Position numbers and translations under genes: made by a program
From: Rubrivivax sp.
Lineage (GTDB): Bacteria; Pseudomonadota; Gammaproteobacteria; Burkholderiales; Burkholderiaceae_C
DNA length: 63,262 bases
Reading direction: 5' to 3'
NCBI GenBank assembly: GCA_022842825.1
Contig: JALHOU010000004.1
Coordinates: forward strand, 1-63,262
Notes under the pieces: model-generated
What the model saw: only the letters and a program-made list of their open reading frames with translations
What the model was told of the DNA's origin: nothing
The model's database searches: none
In this document: positions 10,860 through 24,274 of the stretch, piece by piece
Layout: each line of letters begins with the position of its first letter
Position numbering within the stretch: position 1 is the first letter of the stretch

Positions 10860-11948
10860 TCAGCGCCGCGCTCCGGTGGCCGCCGAGGCGAACTCGCGCA
10901 TGGCCTGCAGCCGTGCCGAGGGCAACGTCACGCTGGCGTCGTAGCCATGCACGCGCTTGCCGCCGAGCGAGATGAGGATCTTCAGCACGTAGTTGCGCGT
11001 CTCGGCAAAGGGCGGCACGCCCAGGTAGCGCTCGACCGCGCCCTCGCCGGCGTTGTAGGCGGCCAAGGCCAAGGAGACATCGCCCTCGAAGTAGGCCAGC
11101 AGCCAGCGCAGGTAGGCCATGCCGCCGCGGATATTCTGCGCCGGGTCGAGGCTGTTGCGCACGCCGAAGCGCCGCGCGGTGTCGGGGATCAGCTGCATCA
11201 GCCCCTGCGCGTTCTTGGGCGAAACGGCCGCCGGGTCGAAATTGCTCTCCGCCGCCATCACGGCGAGCACGAGCGCCGGTTCGAGCCGGTATTCCGGCGC
11301 CACCATCTGCACATAGCTCGAGATCGCGATCGGCGCGCGCTCGAGCAGCGCGCGCGGGATGATTGCCAGGCCACCGGGCCGGGCGCCTGCAGCAGGCGGC
11401 GCAGGCGGTGCGGGCGGCGACTCGGCCGGACCGTTGGCGATCTGCGCCAGCGGGTCGGCCTCGGGCGGGCGCAGACAGGGCGGCGGCGGCCCCATCGGCG
11501 TGCCCAGCCGCGTCGCCATGTTGCGCGCCTGCGGGTGGCCCTGTTCGGCCGCGGCCACGAACAGGTGCGCCGCCGTCGCGTCGTTGCGCTCGATGCCACG
11601 CGCGTTGGTCAACATCCAGCCGAGGCTGTATTGCGCCTCGGCATCGCCGTAGCGCGCGGCGCGGCAGTAAAGCTCGGCGGCACGCACCGGGTCGCGCGGC
11701 AGACTGTCGCCGTACTCGTGCGCCCGGGCCTCCTCGCGCCAGCGCTGCACCTGCGCCGGCACGACCTCGCCGCGCTCGGGCGGCGGCGTGCTGGGGCGCG
11801 GCAGGTTCTGCAGGGCCAGTGCCGCGGCCACGGCCGGGTTGGTCACGGCGCCGGGCACATCGGGCCCGGGGCTCACGACCTGCGCCTGCGCTGCCAACGC
11901 GGGCCACAGCAGCAGCGCGGCCGCCGCCCGCGCGGCAAACGCGTTCAT
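10860..11948 (-). CDS. Sel1-repeat plus lytic transglycosylase (SLT) protein, exported
   Basis: Signal peptide; Sel1 repeats (AAELYCRAARYGDAEAQYSLG); SLT motifs AESNF, AQGLMQLIP, AAYNAGEG, ETRNYV. Confidence 0.92.
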   Translation of the reverse strand: MNAFAARAAAALLLWPALAAQAQVVSPGPDVPGAVTNPAVAAALALQNLPRPSTPPPERGEVVPAQVQRWREEARAHEYGDSLPRDPVRAAELYCRAARYGDAEAQYSLGWMLTNARGIERNDATAAHLFVAAAEQGHPQARNMATRLGTPMGPPPPCLRPPEADPLAQIANGPAESPPAPPAPPAAGARPGGLAIIPRALLERAPIAISSYVQMVAPEYRLEPALVLAVMAAESNFDPAAVSPKNAQGLMQLIPDTARRFGVRNSLDPAQNIRGGMAYLRWLLAYFEGDVSLALAAYNAGEGAVERYLGVPPFAETRNYVLKILISLGGKRVHGYDASVTLPSARLQAMREFASAATGARR

Positions 11949-11968
11949 CGAGAAACCCCCGCCACCCT

Positions 11969-13099
<1,131 letters not shown>

Positions 13100-13110
13100 G
13101 GCGGCCCCGC

Positions 13111-13800
13111 TCACTTCTTGCTCTTGGCGGCCGGCGCGGCGGCGCCGGACTGCAGCGCCTCGCTCATGCCCAGCAGCACGCCGCTCACCATGGCCGTGTA
13201 GCTCTCGGCCAGCGCCTGCGCCGCGCGCATCGAGGCCGCGCGCGTGCTCTTCATCGCGCCTTGCATCTGTTCGGCCATGCTGGCGATCTGCTCGGTCGCC
13301 GCCGCCGCCTGCGCGCCCGATGCGGTGCCGCCGGCCTGCATCTTCTCGAGCACCTGGCCCCAGGCACCGGCCAGCGGCGCACCGGCCGACTCCGAGGCCT
13401 TCTTCAGCACGGCGAACATCGTGTCCTCGATCTTGTCGAGGTCCGCGAGCGCCTTCTTCAGGTGCTTCTCGCGCAGGTCGGCGCCTTGTGTCGTGAGGGT
13501 GGCCAGCGCCGTGCGGTTGGCCTCCACCGCCTTCAGCAGCGCCTGGTCCATGCCGGAGACGGCCTTGTCGAGCAGCGACTCGGCGTCCACACCGGCCATC
13601 GTGTTCCTGGCCGCGCCGGCGCTGGCCGCGTCGGCCACGCCCTTGAGCGCCGCCTTGATGTTCTTGAGCGTCAGCTCGCGCCCCTGCAGGGCGGCCAGCG
13701 TGGCGTCGCCCACCGCCTTCTTCAACTGCTCGCCCTGGCGGGCACTGGCGTTCTCGAACATCGAGATCAGCGCGTCGGCATCGATCAGGGGCTTGGCCAT
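13111..13800 (-). CDS. Ala-rich helical hypothetical protein (DUF6781-like)
   Basis: 229 aa, Ala/Lys-rich amphipathic helices; GGAG RBS; first gene of the run leading into KAS III. Confidence 0.7.
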   Translation of the reverse strand: MAKPLIDADALISMFENASARQGEQLKKAVGDATLAALQGRELTLKNIKAALKGVADAASAGAARNTMAGVDAESLLDKAVSGMDQALLKAVEANRTALATLTTQGADLREKHLKKALADLDKIEDTMFAVLKKASESAGAPLAGAWGQVLEKMQAGGTASGAQAAAATEQIASMAEQMQGAMKSTRAASMRAAQALAESYTAMVSGVLLGMSEALQSGAAAPAAKSKK

Positions 13801-13996
13801 GGGGACTCCGTTTCTCTGGGGGTTGTCTGAAGGGGCGCTTGCCGGCCCGGATGGGTGCACGATGGTGGCACCTCGGCACGGCTGCGGCAAGCCCGGACCG
13901 CCCTGGGGCCGCGGCGCCCCGGCGAGCTCGCAGCCCGGGCGCGCACCGCCGCATATGATGCGCGAAAGCCCCTGTTTCCTTTGGAGAAGTCTCCCG

Positions 13997-15079
13997 ATGA
14001 CCCGCGTCTTCAACTTCAGCGCCGGCCCGGCCGCGCTGCCCGAGCCCGTGCTGCGCCAGGCGGCCGAAGAGATGCTCGACTGGCACGGTTCGGGCATGTC
14101 GGTGATGGAGATGAGCCACCGCGGCAAGGAGTTCATCGCCATCGCCAGCGAGGCCGAGGCCGCCTTGCGCCGCCTGCTCGGACTGGCCGCGAACTACAAG
14201 GTGCTGTTCATGCAGGGCGGCGCCATCGCCGAGAACGCCATCGTGCCGATGAACCTGCTGCGCGGCAGGAGCAGCATCGACTTCGTCGACACCGGCGAGT
14301 GGAGCAAGAAGAGCATCAAGGAAGCGAAGAAGTACGCCAAGGTCAACGTCGCCGCCAGCGCCGCGGACACCGGCTACACCTCGATCCCGGCGCGCGCCTC
14401 CTGGCAGCTCGACCCCGGCGCCGCCTACGTGCACATCTGCAGCAACGAGACGATCGGCGGCGTGCAGTACCACTTCATGCCCGACGTGGGCCCCGTGCCG
14501 CTGGTGGCCGACATGTCCAGCGACATCCTCTCGCGCCCCGTGGACGTGTCGCAGTTCGGCCTCATCTACGCCGGCGCGCAGAAGAACATCGGCCCGGCCG
14601 GCCTCACGATCGTCATCGTGCGCGAAGACCTGCTCGGCCAGCCGCACGCGATGCTGCCCAGCGCCTTCGACTACAAGACCGTGGCCGAGAACGAGAGCAT
14701 GTACAACACGCCGCCCACCTATGCGATCTACATCGCCGGGCTCGTGTTCAAGTGGCTCGAGCAGCAAGGGGGGCTCGTGGCCATGGAGAAACACAACGGG
14801 GCCAAGGCGGCGTTGCTGTACGACTTCCTCGATACGACGGGCTTCTACCAGGCGCCCGTGGCCAAAGACTGCCGGAGCTGGATGAACGTGCCTTTCAAGC
14901 TCAAGGACGAGGACCTCGACGCCGCCTTCCTGAAAGGCGCCGAGGTCGCGGGCATGGTGCAACTCAAGGGCCACCGCTCGGTGGGCGGCATGCGCGCCTC
15001 CATCTACAACGCGATGCCGCTCGAAGGCGTGCGCACGCTCGTGGCCTACATGAAGGACTTCGAGGCCCGCCATGGCTGA
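13997..15079 (+). CDS. serC: Phosphoserine aminotransferase
   Basis: [47 protein letters not shown]. Confidence 0.98.
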   Translation: MTRVFNFSAGPAALPEPVLRQAAEEMLDWHGSGMSVMEMSHRGKEFIAIASEAEAALRRLLGLAANYKVLFMQGGAIAENAIVPMNLLRGRSSIDFVDTGEWSKKSIKEAKKYAKVNVAASAADTGYTSIPARASWQLDPGAAYVHICSNETIGGVQYHFMPDVGPVPLVADMSSDILSRPVDVSQFGLIYAGAQKNIGPAGLTIVIVREDLLGQPHAMLPSAFDYKTVAENESMYNTPPTYAIYIAGLVFKWLEQQGGLVAMEKHNGAKAALLYDFLDTTGFYQAPVAKDCRSWMNVPFKLKDEDLDAAFLKGAEVAGMVQLKGHRSVGGMRASIYNAMPLEGVRTLVAYMKDFEARHG

Positions 15080-16286
15080 GGCCCCGCACGGCGCCGGCGC
15101 CGCAGCGCCGGTGCGCCTGAACGTCCTCGTGCTGAACGCCATCTCGGCCGGCGGCCTGTCGCGCCTGCCGGCCGAGCGCTACCGCGTCGGCAAGGACGTC
15201 GCCGACCCGGCCGCGGTGCTCGTGCGCAGCGCCGACATGCACGGGATGGCCATCCCCGCGAGCGTGCGCGCCATCGGCCGCGCCGGCGCCGGCACCAACA
15301 ACATCCCCGTGGCAGCGATGAGCGAACGCGGCGTGCCGGTCTTCAACGCTCCCGGCGCCAATGCCAATGCGGTGAAGGAGCTGGTGCTGGCGGGCCTGCT
15401 GATGGCAGCGCGCAACGTGACGCCCGCCCTGGCCTTCGTCGGCGGCCTGAAAGCCGGCGCGGCCGATCTCGACAAGACCGTCGAGGCGGGCAAGAAGTCC
15501 TTCGCCGGCTTCGAACTCGCCGGGCACACGCTGGGCATCGTCGGCCTGGGCAAGATCGGCTGCCTCGTCGCCGACGCGGCCATCAAGCTGGGCATGCACG
15601 TGCTCGGTTACGACCCCGAGATCACGGTCGACGCGGCGTGGAGCCTGCCCGCGCAGGTCAAGCGCGCCGCCAGCGTCAACGAGGTGCTGCGCAGCGCCCA
15701 CTTCGTGAGCCTGCACGTGCCGCTCGTGGAAGCGACGCGCCACCTCGTCAACGACGGCAACATCGGCCTCATGCGCCAGGGCGCGGTGCTGCTCAACTTC
15801 AGCCGCGAGGGCGTGGTGAGCGACACCGCGATGCTCGACGCCCTCGCGTCCGGCCGGCTGGCCTACTACGTGTGCGACTTCCCGAGCGCCACCACGCTCG
15901 GCCATCCGCGCATCGTCGCCCTGCCGCACCTGGGCGCCAGCACGCGCGAGGCGGAGGAGAACTGCGCCGTCATGGTCGTCGACCAGCTGCGCAGCTACCT
16001 CGAGCACGGCCACATCGCCAACGCGGTGAACTTCCCCAGCGTCAGCATGGAACGCGAAAGCCGCTTCCGCGTGGCCATCGCCAACAGCAACGTGCCCAAC
16101 ATGCTGGGCCAGATCAGCACGACGATGGCCCAGGCCGGCCTGAACATCCACAACATGGTCAACAAGTCGCGCGGCGCCATGGCCTACACCCTCGTCGATG
16201 TCGACAGCCCGGTGGCCGAGGAGGTGCTCGGTTCGCTCGCCGACATCCGCGGCGTGCTCTCGGTGCGCTACCTGCCCGGGGCCTGA
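15072..16286 (+). CDS. serA: D-3-phosphoglycerate dehydrogenase with ACT domain
   Basis: [30 protein letters not shown]-terminal ACT; overlaps the serC stop. Confidence 0.92.
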   Translation: MAEAPHGAGAAAPVRLNVLVLNAISAGGLSRLPAERYRVGKDVADPAAVLVRSADMHGMAIPASVRAIGRAGAGTNNIPVAAMSERGVPVFNAPGANANAVKELVLAGLLMAARNVTPALAFVGGLKAGAADLDKTVEAGKKSFAGFELAGHTLGIVGLGKIGCLVADAAIKLGMHVLGYDPEITVDAAWSLPAQVKRAASVNEVLRSAHFVSLHVPLVEATRHLVNDGNIGLMRQGAVLLNFSREGVVSDTAMLDALASGRLAYYVCDFPSATTLGHPRIVALPHLGASTREAEENCAVMVVDQLRSYLEHGHIANAVNFPSVSMERESRFRVAIANSNVPNMLGQISTTMAQAGLNIHNMVNKSRGAMAYTLVDVDSPVAEEVLGSLADIRGVLSVRYLPGA

Positions 16287-16298
16287 GCTTGTGAAGGC

Positions 16299-17093
16299 AT
16301 GAAGGCGGGCCCGGCGATGATGCAAGAGGGTGGACCGCCGGAACTGGCATTCCCTGCGCCCGGGCGCGCGACCCTCACGCTCAACCGGCCGCGCCACCTG
16401 AACCGGCTGCACCGCGAGGACCTGCTCGCGCTGCAGCGCCACATCGAACACCTGGCTGCCGACGCCACGCTGCGCGTGCTGGTGCTCACCGGCCGCGGGC
16501 GCATGTTCTGCGCCGGCTTCAACATCGACGAGCTCGGCGCGGCCGATGACGGCGCGGCCGACCCGCAGCTCTTCGAGCGCACGGTCGACGCGCTCGAGGC
16601 GCTGCCCGTGCCCACCGTCGCGCGGCTGAACGGCGGCGTCTTCGGCGGCGCCACCGACCTCGCACTCGCCTGCGACTTCCGCGTGGGCGTCGCAGGCATG
16701 GAGCTGCGCATGCCCGCCGCCCGGCTCGGGCTGCACTACTACCCGAGTGGCCTGTCGCGCTACGTCTCGCGGCTCGGCCTGTCGGCGGCCAAGCGGCTGT
16801 TCCTGCTCGCCGAAACCGTGCCGGCAGCCGAGCTGCTGCATCTGGGCTACCTCGATGCGCTCGTGCCACCCGAGGCGCTCGATGCCGAGGTCGAGCGCCT
16901 CGCCACCAGCCTGCTCGCCGGCGCGCCACTTGCCCTGCAGGGCATGAAACAGTCGTTGAACGAGGTGGCACGCGGCCACTTCGACCTCGCGCGCCTGCGC
17001 CAGCGCGAGAGCCAGTGCGCCGCCAGTGCCGATCTGAGCGAGGGCCTCGCCGCCTTCGCCGAGCGGCGCGCGCCGCGCTTCACGGGCGGCTGA
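16299..17093 (+). CDS. Enoyl-CoA hydratase/isomerase family protein
   Basis: LTLNRP, FCAGFNI, GGATDLALACDFR, F.ERR.P.F.G C-terminus. Start may be 16317 or 16320. Confidence 0.9.
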   Translation: MKAGPAMMQEGGPPELAFPAPGRATLTLNRPRHLNRLHREDLLALQRHIEHLAADATLRVLVLTGRGRMFCAGFNIDELGAADDGAADPQLFERTVDALEALPVPTVARLNGGVFGGATDLALACDFRVGVAGMELRMPAARLGLHYYPSGLSRYVSRLGLSAAKRLFLLAETVPAAELLHLGYLDALVPPEALDAEVERLATSLLAGAPLALQGMKQSLNEVARGHFDLARLRQRESQCAASADLSEGLAAFAERRAPRFTGG

Positions 17094-17159
17094 AGACCGC
17101 ACGAGCCAGACACCGCTAGCGCCGGACATCGCAAACGCCAGACCAGACCAGGAGGAACC

Positions 17160-18017
17160 ATGCTCGCCATCGTCGGAGGCACCGGCCTCTATGACCTGCC
17201 GGGGCTGCAGGTGGAACAACGTCTCGTCGGCGAAACGCCGTTCGGCGCCCCATCAGGCGAGGTGCAACGCGGCCGCCTGCACGGCAAGGAGCTGCTCTTC
17301 ATGGCCCGCCACGGTGCCGGCCACAAGCTGCTGCCGCACGAGGTGAACTACCGCGCCAACGTGTACGCGCTCAAGCGGGCCGGCGCGACGATGCTTCTCG
17401 GCTTCTCGGCCGTGGGCAGCCTGGTGCACCGCGCGGCGCCAGGCGATCTGGCCATGCCCGAGCAGTATTTCGACTGGACACGCGGCACGCGCGAGCGCAG
17501 CTTCTTCGGCGGCGGCGTGGCAGCGCACATCTCGACGGCCAAGCCGGTGAGCGCGCGGCTCGTGGCGGCTGTCGAGGCGGCGGCGCGGTCGCTCGGCACA
17601 ACGCTCGGCACGACGCTGCACCGCGGCCTCACCTACGCCTGCGTCGAGGGGCCACGCCTGGGCACGCAGGCCGAGAGCTTCTTCCTGCGCCAAGCCGGCT
17701 GCCATCTCGTGGGCATGACCAACGTGCCCGAGGCCTTCCTCGCGCGCGAGGCGCAGATGGCCTACGCCACCGTGGGCATCGTCACCGACTACGACTGCTG
17801 GCTCGACGACCCGACCCAGCACGCCAGCGTCACCGTCATCCTCGAGCGCTATGCGCAGGCGCTGGTCGCGGCCCGCCGGGTGCTCGATGCAATGCTGAAG
17901 GCCCCGCTTCCCGAGCCCGAGTCCGAAATCCGCCAGGCGCTGGCCGGCGCCGTGATGACGCCCGATGCGGCACTGACAGCGGCGCAGCGGGAGTGGCTGG
18001 CGGTGCTCCGGCGCTAG
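17160..18017 (+). CDS. mtnP: 5'-methylthioadenosine phosphorylase (MTAP) family
   Basis: IVGGTG, TPFGAPS, RHG.GH...PHEVNYRAN, EGPR, VGMTNVPEA, VTDYDCW. Confidence 0.9.
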   Translation: MLAIVGGTGLYDLPGLQVEQRLVGETPFGAPSGEVQRGRLHGKELLFMARHGAGHKLLPHEVNYRANVYALKRAGATMLLGFSAVGSLVHRAAPGDLAMPEQYFDWTRGTRERSFFGGGVAAHISTAKPVSARLVAAVEAAARSLGTTLGTTLHRGLTYACVEGPRLGTQAESFFLRQAGCHLVGMTNVPEAFLAREAQMAYATVGIVTDYDCWLDDPTQHASVTVILERYAQALVAARRVLDAMLKAPLPEPESEIRQALAGAVMTPDAALTAAQREWLAVLRR

Positions 18018-18120
18018 GAGCCTGGGCGGCAGAGATCGAGGCCGGCGGGACTCGGCACCGGCGCTCGCGTGAACCTGGCGATGCGCGGCCCGCTGCGCCT
18101 GCGAGGACTCCCCGTGCCGG

Positions 18121-20439
18121 TCACAACACCCGCATCGGCTTCGCGAAACCTTCGATCTTGTGCCCCTTGCGGGCGCGCTTGCCGGCGTGGCCGGCCACCT
18201 CCGCGGCGCGCAGAGTCTCGTCCTTGGGCTTGCCGCCGCGGCCCTGGCCCAGCACGCGCAGCGTGTCGGCGAAGGTGGCCACGGAGACGAGCGGCGCCTT
18301 CGAGTCCACGTCCATCAGCGTCAGGCCGCGGCCGCCGTTGCTCTGCAGCTTGAGCTCGTCGAGGCCGAAGACGAGCAGCCGCCCGTCCATGGCCAGGCAG
18401 GCCACCTGCGTGTGCGCGCCCGCCACGGCCACCGGCGGCAGCACGTGCTCGCCCGCCTCCAGCGAGAGGAAGCTCTTGCCGCCGCGGTTGCGCCCGTGCA
18501 GGTCGCCCGCCTTGGCGAGCAGGCCGAAGCCGGCCGTGTTGGCGAGCAGCAGCACCGTCTCGGCCGCGCCCGCGAAGTAGTGCATCGGCTGCGTGCCGGT
18601 TTCAAGGTCGACCAGCGTCGTGATCGGCTGCCCGTCGCCGCGCCCGCCCGGCAGCGCCGAGGCGGCCACGCTGTACACGCGCCCGTTGCTGCCGAAGACC
18701 ACGAGCGTGTCGACACTGCGGCAGGCGAAGGTGCCGTACAGCTCGTCGCCGGGTTTGAACTGCAGCGTCACCACGTCGAGCTCCTGGCCCTTCGCCTGCG
18801 ACTTCAGCGCCCGCACCCAGCCCTTGCGGCTGACGACCACCGTCACCGGCTCGTCGACGATGCGGATCTCGGCGGTGGCGCGCTTGTCCTCCTGCACGAG
18901 CGTGCGGCGCGCGTCGCCGAACTGCTTCGCGTCGGCCTCGATCTCCTTGACCAGCGTGCGCTTCAGCGCCGCCGGGCTGGCGAGGATCTCCTCCAGCTTG
19001 CCCTGCTCGCCGCGCAGTTCCTTCAGCTCCTGCTCGATCTTGATGCCTTCGAGCCGTGCGAGCTGCCGCAGCCGGATCTCGAGGATGTCTTCCGCCTGCC
19101 GGTCGCTGAGCTTGAAGCGCGCGATGAGCGCCGGCTTCGGCTCGTCAGCGTTGCGGATGATGCGGATCACCTCCTCGATCTTCAGCAGCACGAGCTGCCG
19201 GCCCTCGAGCACGTGGATGCGGTCCAGCACCTTCGCGAGGCGGTGCCGAGTGCGCCGCTCCACCGTGGCGAGGCGGAAGTCGATCCACTCGCGCAGCATG
19301 GTGCGCAGTCCCTTCTGCACCGGCCGGCCGTCGCGCCCCACCATCGTGAGGTTCATCGGCACGCTGTTCTCGAGGCTGGTGTGCGCAAGCAGCGTGGTGA
19401 TCAGCTCGGCCTGCAGGGTAGTGCGGCTCTTGGGCTCGAAGACGAGGCGCACCTTGGCCTCCTTGCCGCTCTCGTCGCGCACCGCGTCGAGCACGCCGAG
19501 GATCGTCTGCTTGAGCTGCACCTGCTCCTGCGCGAGCGCCTTCTTGCCCGCCTTGACCTTGGGGTTGGTGAGCTCCTCGATCTCGGCCATCACCTTGGCT
19601 GCGCTCGTGCCCGGCGGCAGCTCGGTCACGACGAGCTGCCACTGGCCGCGCGCCAGGTCTTCGATCAACCAGCGCGCGCGCACCTTCAGGCTGCCGCGGC
19701 CGCTGGTGTAGGCGTCGCGGATCTCGGCGGCGGCGCTGATGATCTGGCCGCCGCCGGGGAAGTCCGGCGCCGGCAGCAACTCGAAGAGCTCGTCGTCGCC
19801 GAGCTTGTCACTCTTCAGCAGCGCCACCGCCGCCGCGGCCACCTCGCGCAGGTTGTGGCTCGGGATTTCCGTGGCCAGGCCCACGGCGATGCCGCTGGCG
19901 CCATTGAGCAGCACGAAGGGCAGGCGCGCCGGCAGCAGCCCCGGCTCTTCGGTGCTGCCGTCGTAGTTGGGCCGCCAGTCGACCGTGCCCTCGTCGACCT
20001 CGTCGAGCAGCAGCCGCGCGATGGGCGCCAGCCGCGCCTCGGTGTAGCGCATCGCCGCCGCGCCGTCGCCGTCGCGGCTGCCGAAGTTGCCCTGGCCGTC
20101 AATGAGCGGGTAGCGCTGGCTGAAGTCCTGCGCCATGCGCACCAGCGCGTCGTAGGCCGCCACGTCGCCATGCGGGTGGAAGCGGCCGAGCACGTCGCCC
20201 ACCACGCGCGCGCTCTTCACCGGCTTCGGGCCGCCACCGGTGGCCCCGAAGGTGAGGCCCATGCGGTGCATCGCGTACAGGATGCGCCGCTGCACAGGCT
20301 TGGCGCCGTCGCACACGTCAGGCAGCGCGCGCCCCTTCACCACCGAGAGGGCGTATTCGAGATAGGCGCGCTGCGCATAGTCGGCCAGCGGCAGCGTGTC
20401 GACGGGGTCGGGAGGAACGGGGTCGAAGAGATCGGGCAT
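18121..20439 (-). CDS. parC: DNA topoisomerase IV subunit A
   Basis: [40 protein letters not shown]; short CTD with no GyrA-box. Confidence 0.96.
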   Translation of the reverse strand: MPDLFDPVPPDPVDTLPLADYAQRAYLEYALSVVKGRALPDVCDGAKPVQRRILYAMHRMGLTFGATGGGPKPVKSARVVGDVLGRFHPHGDVAAYDALVRMAQDFSQRYPLIDGQGNFGSRDGDGAAAMRYTEARLAPIARLLLDEVDEGTVDWRPNYDGSTEEPGLLPARLPFVLLNGASGIAVGLATEIPSHNLREVAAAAVALLKSDKLGDDELFELLPAPDFPGGGQIISAAAEIRDAYTSGRGSLKVRARWLIEDLARGQWQLVVTELPPGTSAAKVMAEIEELTNPKVKAGKKALAQEQVQLKQTILGVLDAVRDESGKEAKVRLVFEPKSRTTLQAELITTLLAHTSLENSVPMNLTMVGRDGRPVQKGLRTMLREWIDFRLATVERRTRHRLAKVLDRIHVLEGRQLVLLKIEEVIRIIRNADEPKPALIARFKLSDRQAEDILEIRLRQLARLEGIKIEQELKELRGEQGKLEEILASPAALKRTLVKEIEADAKQFGDARRTLVQEDKRATAEIRIVDEPVTVVVSRKGWVRALKSQAKGQELDVVTLQFKPGDELYGTFACRSVDTLVVFGSNGRVYSVAASALPGGRGDGQPITTLVDLETGTQPMHYFAGAAETVLLLANTAGFGLLAKAGDLHGRNRGGKSFLSLEAGEHVLPPVAVAGAHTQVACLAMDGRLLVFGLDELKLQSNGGRGLTLMDVDSKAPLVSVATFADTLRVLGQGRGGKPKDETLRAAEVAGHAGKRARKGHKIEGFAKPMRVL

Positions 20440-20533
20440 GGTCCAGGAAACGGTGCATTCGCCCCAGGAGAGGCCGGCCGGGGCCGGCATGGGCGAGGGG
20501 CCGCGATTCTCGCCCAGGTACAGTCCCACCCCG

Positions 20534-21244
20534 ATGGCGACCCTGGCCGAGCTCGTGCGCGCCCTGCCCTGGCCGGACTGGCTGGCGCTTTTCCTGCTGT
20601 TCGGTGGATGGACCGCCTATGCCCGCTTCGCGCGCCACCGGTCCCAGCGCCGCCCCTCGGTGCTGGACGCCACCAACCGCGAGCGCCGGCGCTGGATGTT
20701 GCAGGCCACCGTGCGCGACAACCGCGTGCTAGACGGCATCGTGGTGCAGAACCTGAGCTCGCCGCCGGCCTTCTTCGCCTCCACCACGATCCTCATCATC
20801 GGGGCGCTGCTGGCCATGCTCTTTGCCGGCGACAAGGCGAGCGAATTCGTGCGCGAGGTGCCGTTCGCGGCGCGCACGTCCATCCTCGTCTTCGACCTCA
20901 AGGTGGCGGTGCTCACCGCCATCTTCGTCTTCGCCTTCTTCCGCTTCACCTGGAGCGTGCGGCAGTACAGCTTCGGCGTTATCCTCGTCGCCGCGCTGCC
21001 CGACCGCCGGGCTTTCGTCGACGACGCGGCGGCGCAGGAGGCGTTCGCCAACCGCGCCGGCCGCCTCGTCGGGTTGGCCGCGGAATCACTCAACGACGGC
21101 ATCCGCGCCTACTACATGGCCTTTGCCGCCGCGGCCTGGTTCATCTCGCCCTGGGCCTGCATGCTCGGCACGACCGGTGTCATCTGGGTGCTGTACCGGC
21201 GCGAGTTCCACAGCGATGTGCTGCGCGTGCTCAGCAGCCCCTGA
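20534..21244 (+). CDS. DUF599 family membrane protein
   Basis: RRRWM, FFASTT, FF.F.WS.RQY, YRREF.S motifs. Confidence 0.82.
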   Translation: MATLAELVRALPWPDWLALFLLFGGWTAYARFARHRSQRRPSVLDATNRERRRWMLQATVRDNRVLDGIVVQNLSSPPAFFASTTILIIGALLAMLFAGDKASEFVREVPFAARTSILVFDLKVAVLTAIFVFAFFRFTWSVRQYSFGVILVAALPDRRAFVDDAAAQEAFANRAGRLVGLAAESLNDGIRAYYMAFAAAAWFISPWACMLGTTGVIWVLYRREFHSDVLRVLSSP

Positions 21245-21272
21245 ACTGCAGTTGCGGCCCGCGTGCGCCCCT

Positions 21273-22910
21273 TCAGCGCGGAAACTGCTCCCGCAGCTTC
21301 AGCTTCCAGAACTTGCCCGTGCCGGTGCGCGGCACGGCGTCGATGAACTCGTAGCGGTCGGGCAGCTGCCACTTCGCGAAGCCGCCCACCCCGAGCAGGT
21401 GCTCGTTCAGCTCGGCGGCCGTGGCGGAGGCCTCGCGCTTGAAGGCCACGCAGGCGAGCGGCCGCTCGCTCCATTTCTCGTCGGGGATGGCGATGACGGC
21501 GGCCTCGGCCACGGCCGGATGCGCCATGAGCGCGTTCTCGAGGTCGACCGAGCTGATCCACTCGCCGCCACTCTTGATGAGGTCCTTGGTGCGGTCGGTG
21601 ATGCGCACGAAGCCCAGCTCGTCGATGGTGGCGACGTCGCCGGTGCGCAGCCACCTTTCGCCGCTCGCGTCTTCGGCGAATTTGTCGGGCGTGACGGGCA
21701 GGCCGTGGTACGAGCCGGTGATGAACGGGCCGCGCACCTGGATCTCGCCCATCGACACGCCGTCGGGCGGCGCGTCGGCGCCTTCGTCGTTGCGCAGCCG
21801 CAGCTCGACCAGCGGCGCGGGCACGCCGGCCATGGCGGCGCGGCGGTAGCGCTCATCGATGCCGGCGCCGGCCAGTTCCATGCGCGGGTAGCTCACGGTG
21901 GCGAGCGGGCTCGTCTCCGTCATGCCCCAGCCCTGCTGCAGCCACACGCCGTGGCGGTCGAAGGCACGGATCAGCGCCTCGGGCACCGCGGCGCCGCCGA
22001 CGAGCGAGCGCAGGCCCGTGGGCAACTTCCAGCGGCCCGGCTGCTCCTTGAGCGCGCGCTCGTAGGTCTGGATCATGCTCATCCAGATGGTCGGCACGCC
22101 CAGCGCCAGGGTCGGGGGCTCGACCTGCATGAGGTCGAGCAGGTCGTCGGGGTGCAGATGCGGGCCGGGAAAGATGAGCTTCACGCCCATCATCACCGCG
22201 GCGTAGGGCGTGCCCCAGGCGTTGGCGTGGAACATCGGCGCCACGGGCAGCAACGAGTCGGTGTGCTTGAGGCACCAGTAGTCGGGCTGGTTGCCCACCA
22301 ACGAGTGCAGGATGGTGCTGCGGTGCGAATAGGCCACGCCCTTGGCGCGGCCGGTGGTGCCCGACGTGTAGCACATGGAGACCGGGTCGTTCTCGTCGTG
22401 CGGCGCGTAGGTGAAGCCGGCCTCGTCGGCGCTGGCGAGCAACTTCTCGTAGTCGCTGAACTCGACCGGCACCGGCGCGCCAGAGGACGGAAAGACGATG
22501 ACACGCTCGAAGCGGTGCACGTGCGCGAACTGCTTGTACAGCGGCAGCAGGACGTCGTCGACGATGAGGAAGCGGTCCTCCGCGTCGCCGGCGATGGCGC
22601 CGATCTCGCCCGGGGCCAGGCGCAGGTTGAGGGTGTGCATCACGCCGCCGGCGGCCGGGATGCCGAAGTAGCACTCCAGGTGCGCATGGTGGTTCCAGGC
22701 GAGCGTGGCGACGCGGTCGCCCTTCAGCAGACCCAGCGAGCGCAGCGCTGCGCCGAGGGCGCGCGTGCGCCGGTGCCACTGCGCATAGCTGTGCCGCACG
22801 AGGCTCTTGTCGGGCCGGCGCGAGACGATCTGGCTGGCTGCGAAGTACCGGCCCGCGCGGTCGAGCAAGTGGTTCAGCGACAGCGGCACATCCATCATGG
22901 TGGTCTTCAT
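21273..22910 (-). CDS. Long-chain fatty acid--CoA ligase (AlkK/DmdB-like)
   Basis: [49 protein letters not shown]. Confidence 0.93.
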   Translation of the reverse strand: MKTTMMDVPLSLNHLLDRAGRYFAASQIVSRRPDKSLVRHSYAQWHRRTRALGAALRSLGLLKGDRVATLAWNHHAHLECYFGIPAAGGVMHTLNLRLAPGEIGAIAGDAEDRFLIVDDVLLPLYKQFAHVHRFERVIVFPSSGAPVPVEFSDYEKLLASADEAGFTYAPHDENDPVSMCYTSGTTGRAKGVAYSHRSTILHSLVGNQPDYWCLKHTDSLLPVAPMFHANAWGTPYAAVMMGVKLIFPGPHLHPDDLLDLMQVEPPTLALGVPTIWMSMIQTYERALKEQPGRWKLPTGLRSLVGGAAVPEALIRAFDRHGVWLQQGWGMTETSPLATVSYPRMELAGAGIDERYRRAAMAGVPAPLVELRLRNDEGADAPPDGVSMGEIQVRGPFITGSYHGLPVTPDKFAEDASGERWLRTGDVATIDELGFVRITDRTKDLIKSGGEWISSVDLENALMAHPAVAEAAVIAIPDEKWSERPLACVAFKREASATAAELNEHLLGVGGFAKWQLPDRYEFIDAVPRTGTGKFWKLKLREQFPR

Positions 22911-23086
22911 CGACGGTCTCCCCAGGGCCACTGCGGGCACGCCCGATTCTTGGCATCGTGCGCCCCACGGCGCCAGGGGGTGAAACCCGGCGCGCGTCGG
23001 GCCTTAACGTGCGGGTCACGGCGCAGCGGCGGGCGCGCCGCCGGCCTGCGCTCCGCCCGCCAGGGCGTCTGCGGCACACTTGCCGC

Positions 23087-24235
23087 ATGACCCAGCTCGC
23101 CGACCTCGACACCCCGGCCGCGCTGCTCGACGCGCCACGCCTGGACCGCGCCATCGGGCGCATGCAGCAGCGCATGGACACGCTCGGCGTGGCGCTGCGC
23201 CCGCACGTGAAGACGGCCAAGTGCCTGGAGGTGGCGCGCCGCCAGCGCGCCGCCGGTGCGCGCGGCATCACCGTCTCGACGCTGAAGGAGGCGCAGGAGT
23301 TCTTCGCCGCCGGCTTCGACGACATCACCTATGCGGTCGGGCTGGCGCCGCAGCGCATCGGCGCCGCCTTCGACCTCGTGCGCCGCGGCTGCCGGCTGAA
23401 GGTCGTCGTCGACTCGCTCGCCGCCGCCGCCGCGCTGGCCGAGGCGGCGCGACGCGAGGACGCGAGCGAGGGCTTGCGGCCCGAGGTGCTGGTCGAGATC
23501 GACACCGACGGCCACCGCGCCGGCGTCGCGCCCGAGGCGCCGCTGCTCATCGAGATCGGCCGCATGCTGGGCGACGCCGGCCTACTCGCCGGCGTGATGA
23601 CGCACTGCGGCGCGAGCTACGAGTGTCGCGGCGCCGCCGCGCTGGAGGCGATGGCCGAGCAGGAGCGCGCCCGTTGCGTGCGCGCCGCCGAGCGGCTGCG
23701 CGAGGCGGGCCTGCCCTGCCCCATCGTCAGCGTCGGCTCGACCCCCACGGCGCTCTTTGCGCGCTCGCTGCCCGGCGTGACCGAGGTGCGCGCCGGCGTC
23801 TACGTCTTCTACGACCTCGTCATGGCCGGGCTCGGCGTGTGCGCGCCCGAGGACATCGCGCTGTCCATTCTCAGCACCGTCATCGGCCACCAGCCCGACC
23901 GCGGCTGGGTGCTCACCGACGGCGGCTGGATGGCGATGAGCCGCGACCGCGGCACGCAGGCGCAGGCGTTGGACCAGGGTTACGGCCTCGTCTGCGACGA
24001 GGCGGGCGGCGTGCTCGAAGGCTGGATCGTCAACCAGGCCAACCAGGAGCACGGCATCGTCGAGCACCGCGGCGGGCCGGCGGCGGCCGGCGACGTACAG
24101 CGACGCTTTCCCATCGGTACGCGGCTGCGCGTGCTGCCCAACCACGCCTGCGCCACCGCGGCGCAACACGCTGACTACGCCGTGGTCGAAGGCCAGGCCG
24201 TGAAGGCGCGCTGGCCCCGCTTCAGCGGTTGGTGA
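23087..24235 (+). CDS. DSD1-family PLP enzyme (D-serine dehydratase / D-threonine aldolase / hydroxyaspartate dehydratase type)
   Basis: TPAALLD, LRPHVKT, HRAGV, VGSTPT, EVRAGVYVF, NQEHG, PNHAC. Confidence 0.9.
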   Translation: MTQLADLDTPAALLDAPRLDRAIGRMQQRMDTLGVALRPHVKTAKCLEVARRQRAAGARGITVSTLKEAQEFFAAGFDDITYAVGLAPQRIGAAFDLVRRGCRLKVVVDSLAAAAALAEAARREDASEGLRPEVLVEIDTDGHRAGVAPEAPLLIEIGRMLGDAGLLAGVMTHCGASYECRGAAALEAMAEQERARCVRAAERLREAGLPCPIVSVGSTPTALFARSLPGVTEVRAGVYVFYDLVMAGLGVCAPEDIALSILSTVIGHQPDRGWVLTDGGWMAMSRDRGTQAQALDQGYGLVCDEAGGVLEGWIVNQANQEHGIVEHRGGPAAAGDVQRRFPIGTRLRVLPNHACATAAQHADYAVVEGQAVKARWPRFSGW

Positions 24236-24274
24236 AACGCCGGCCCGGCTCGACGAACCCCGACGTCCCTACCC

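Noticed and set aside
17591-17617. 12-bp duplication in the MTAP gene (LGTT-LGTT)
   Set aside because: A small in-frame slippage with no evident functional significance.
18121-20439. Gyrase (gyrA/gyrB) identity for the topoisomerase genes
   Set aside because: Lengths, the lack of a GyrA-box and of the GyrB insertion, and the [15 protein letters not shown] / LEPVKQRPGMY motifs indicate ParC and ParE.
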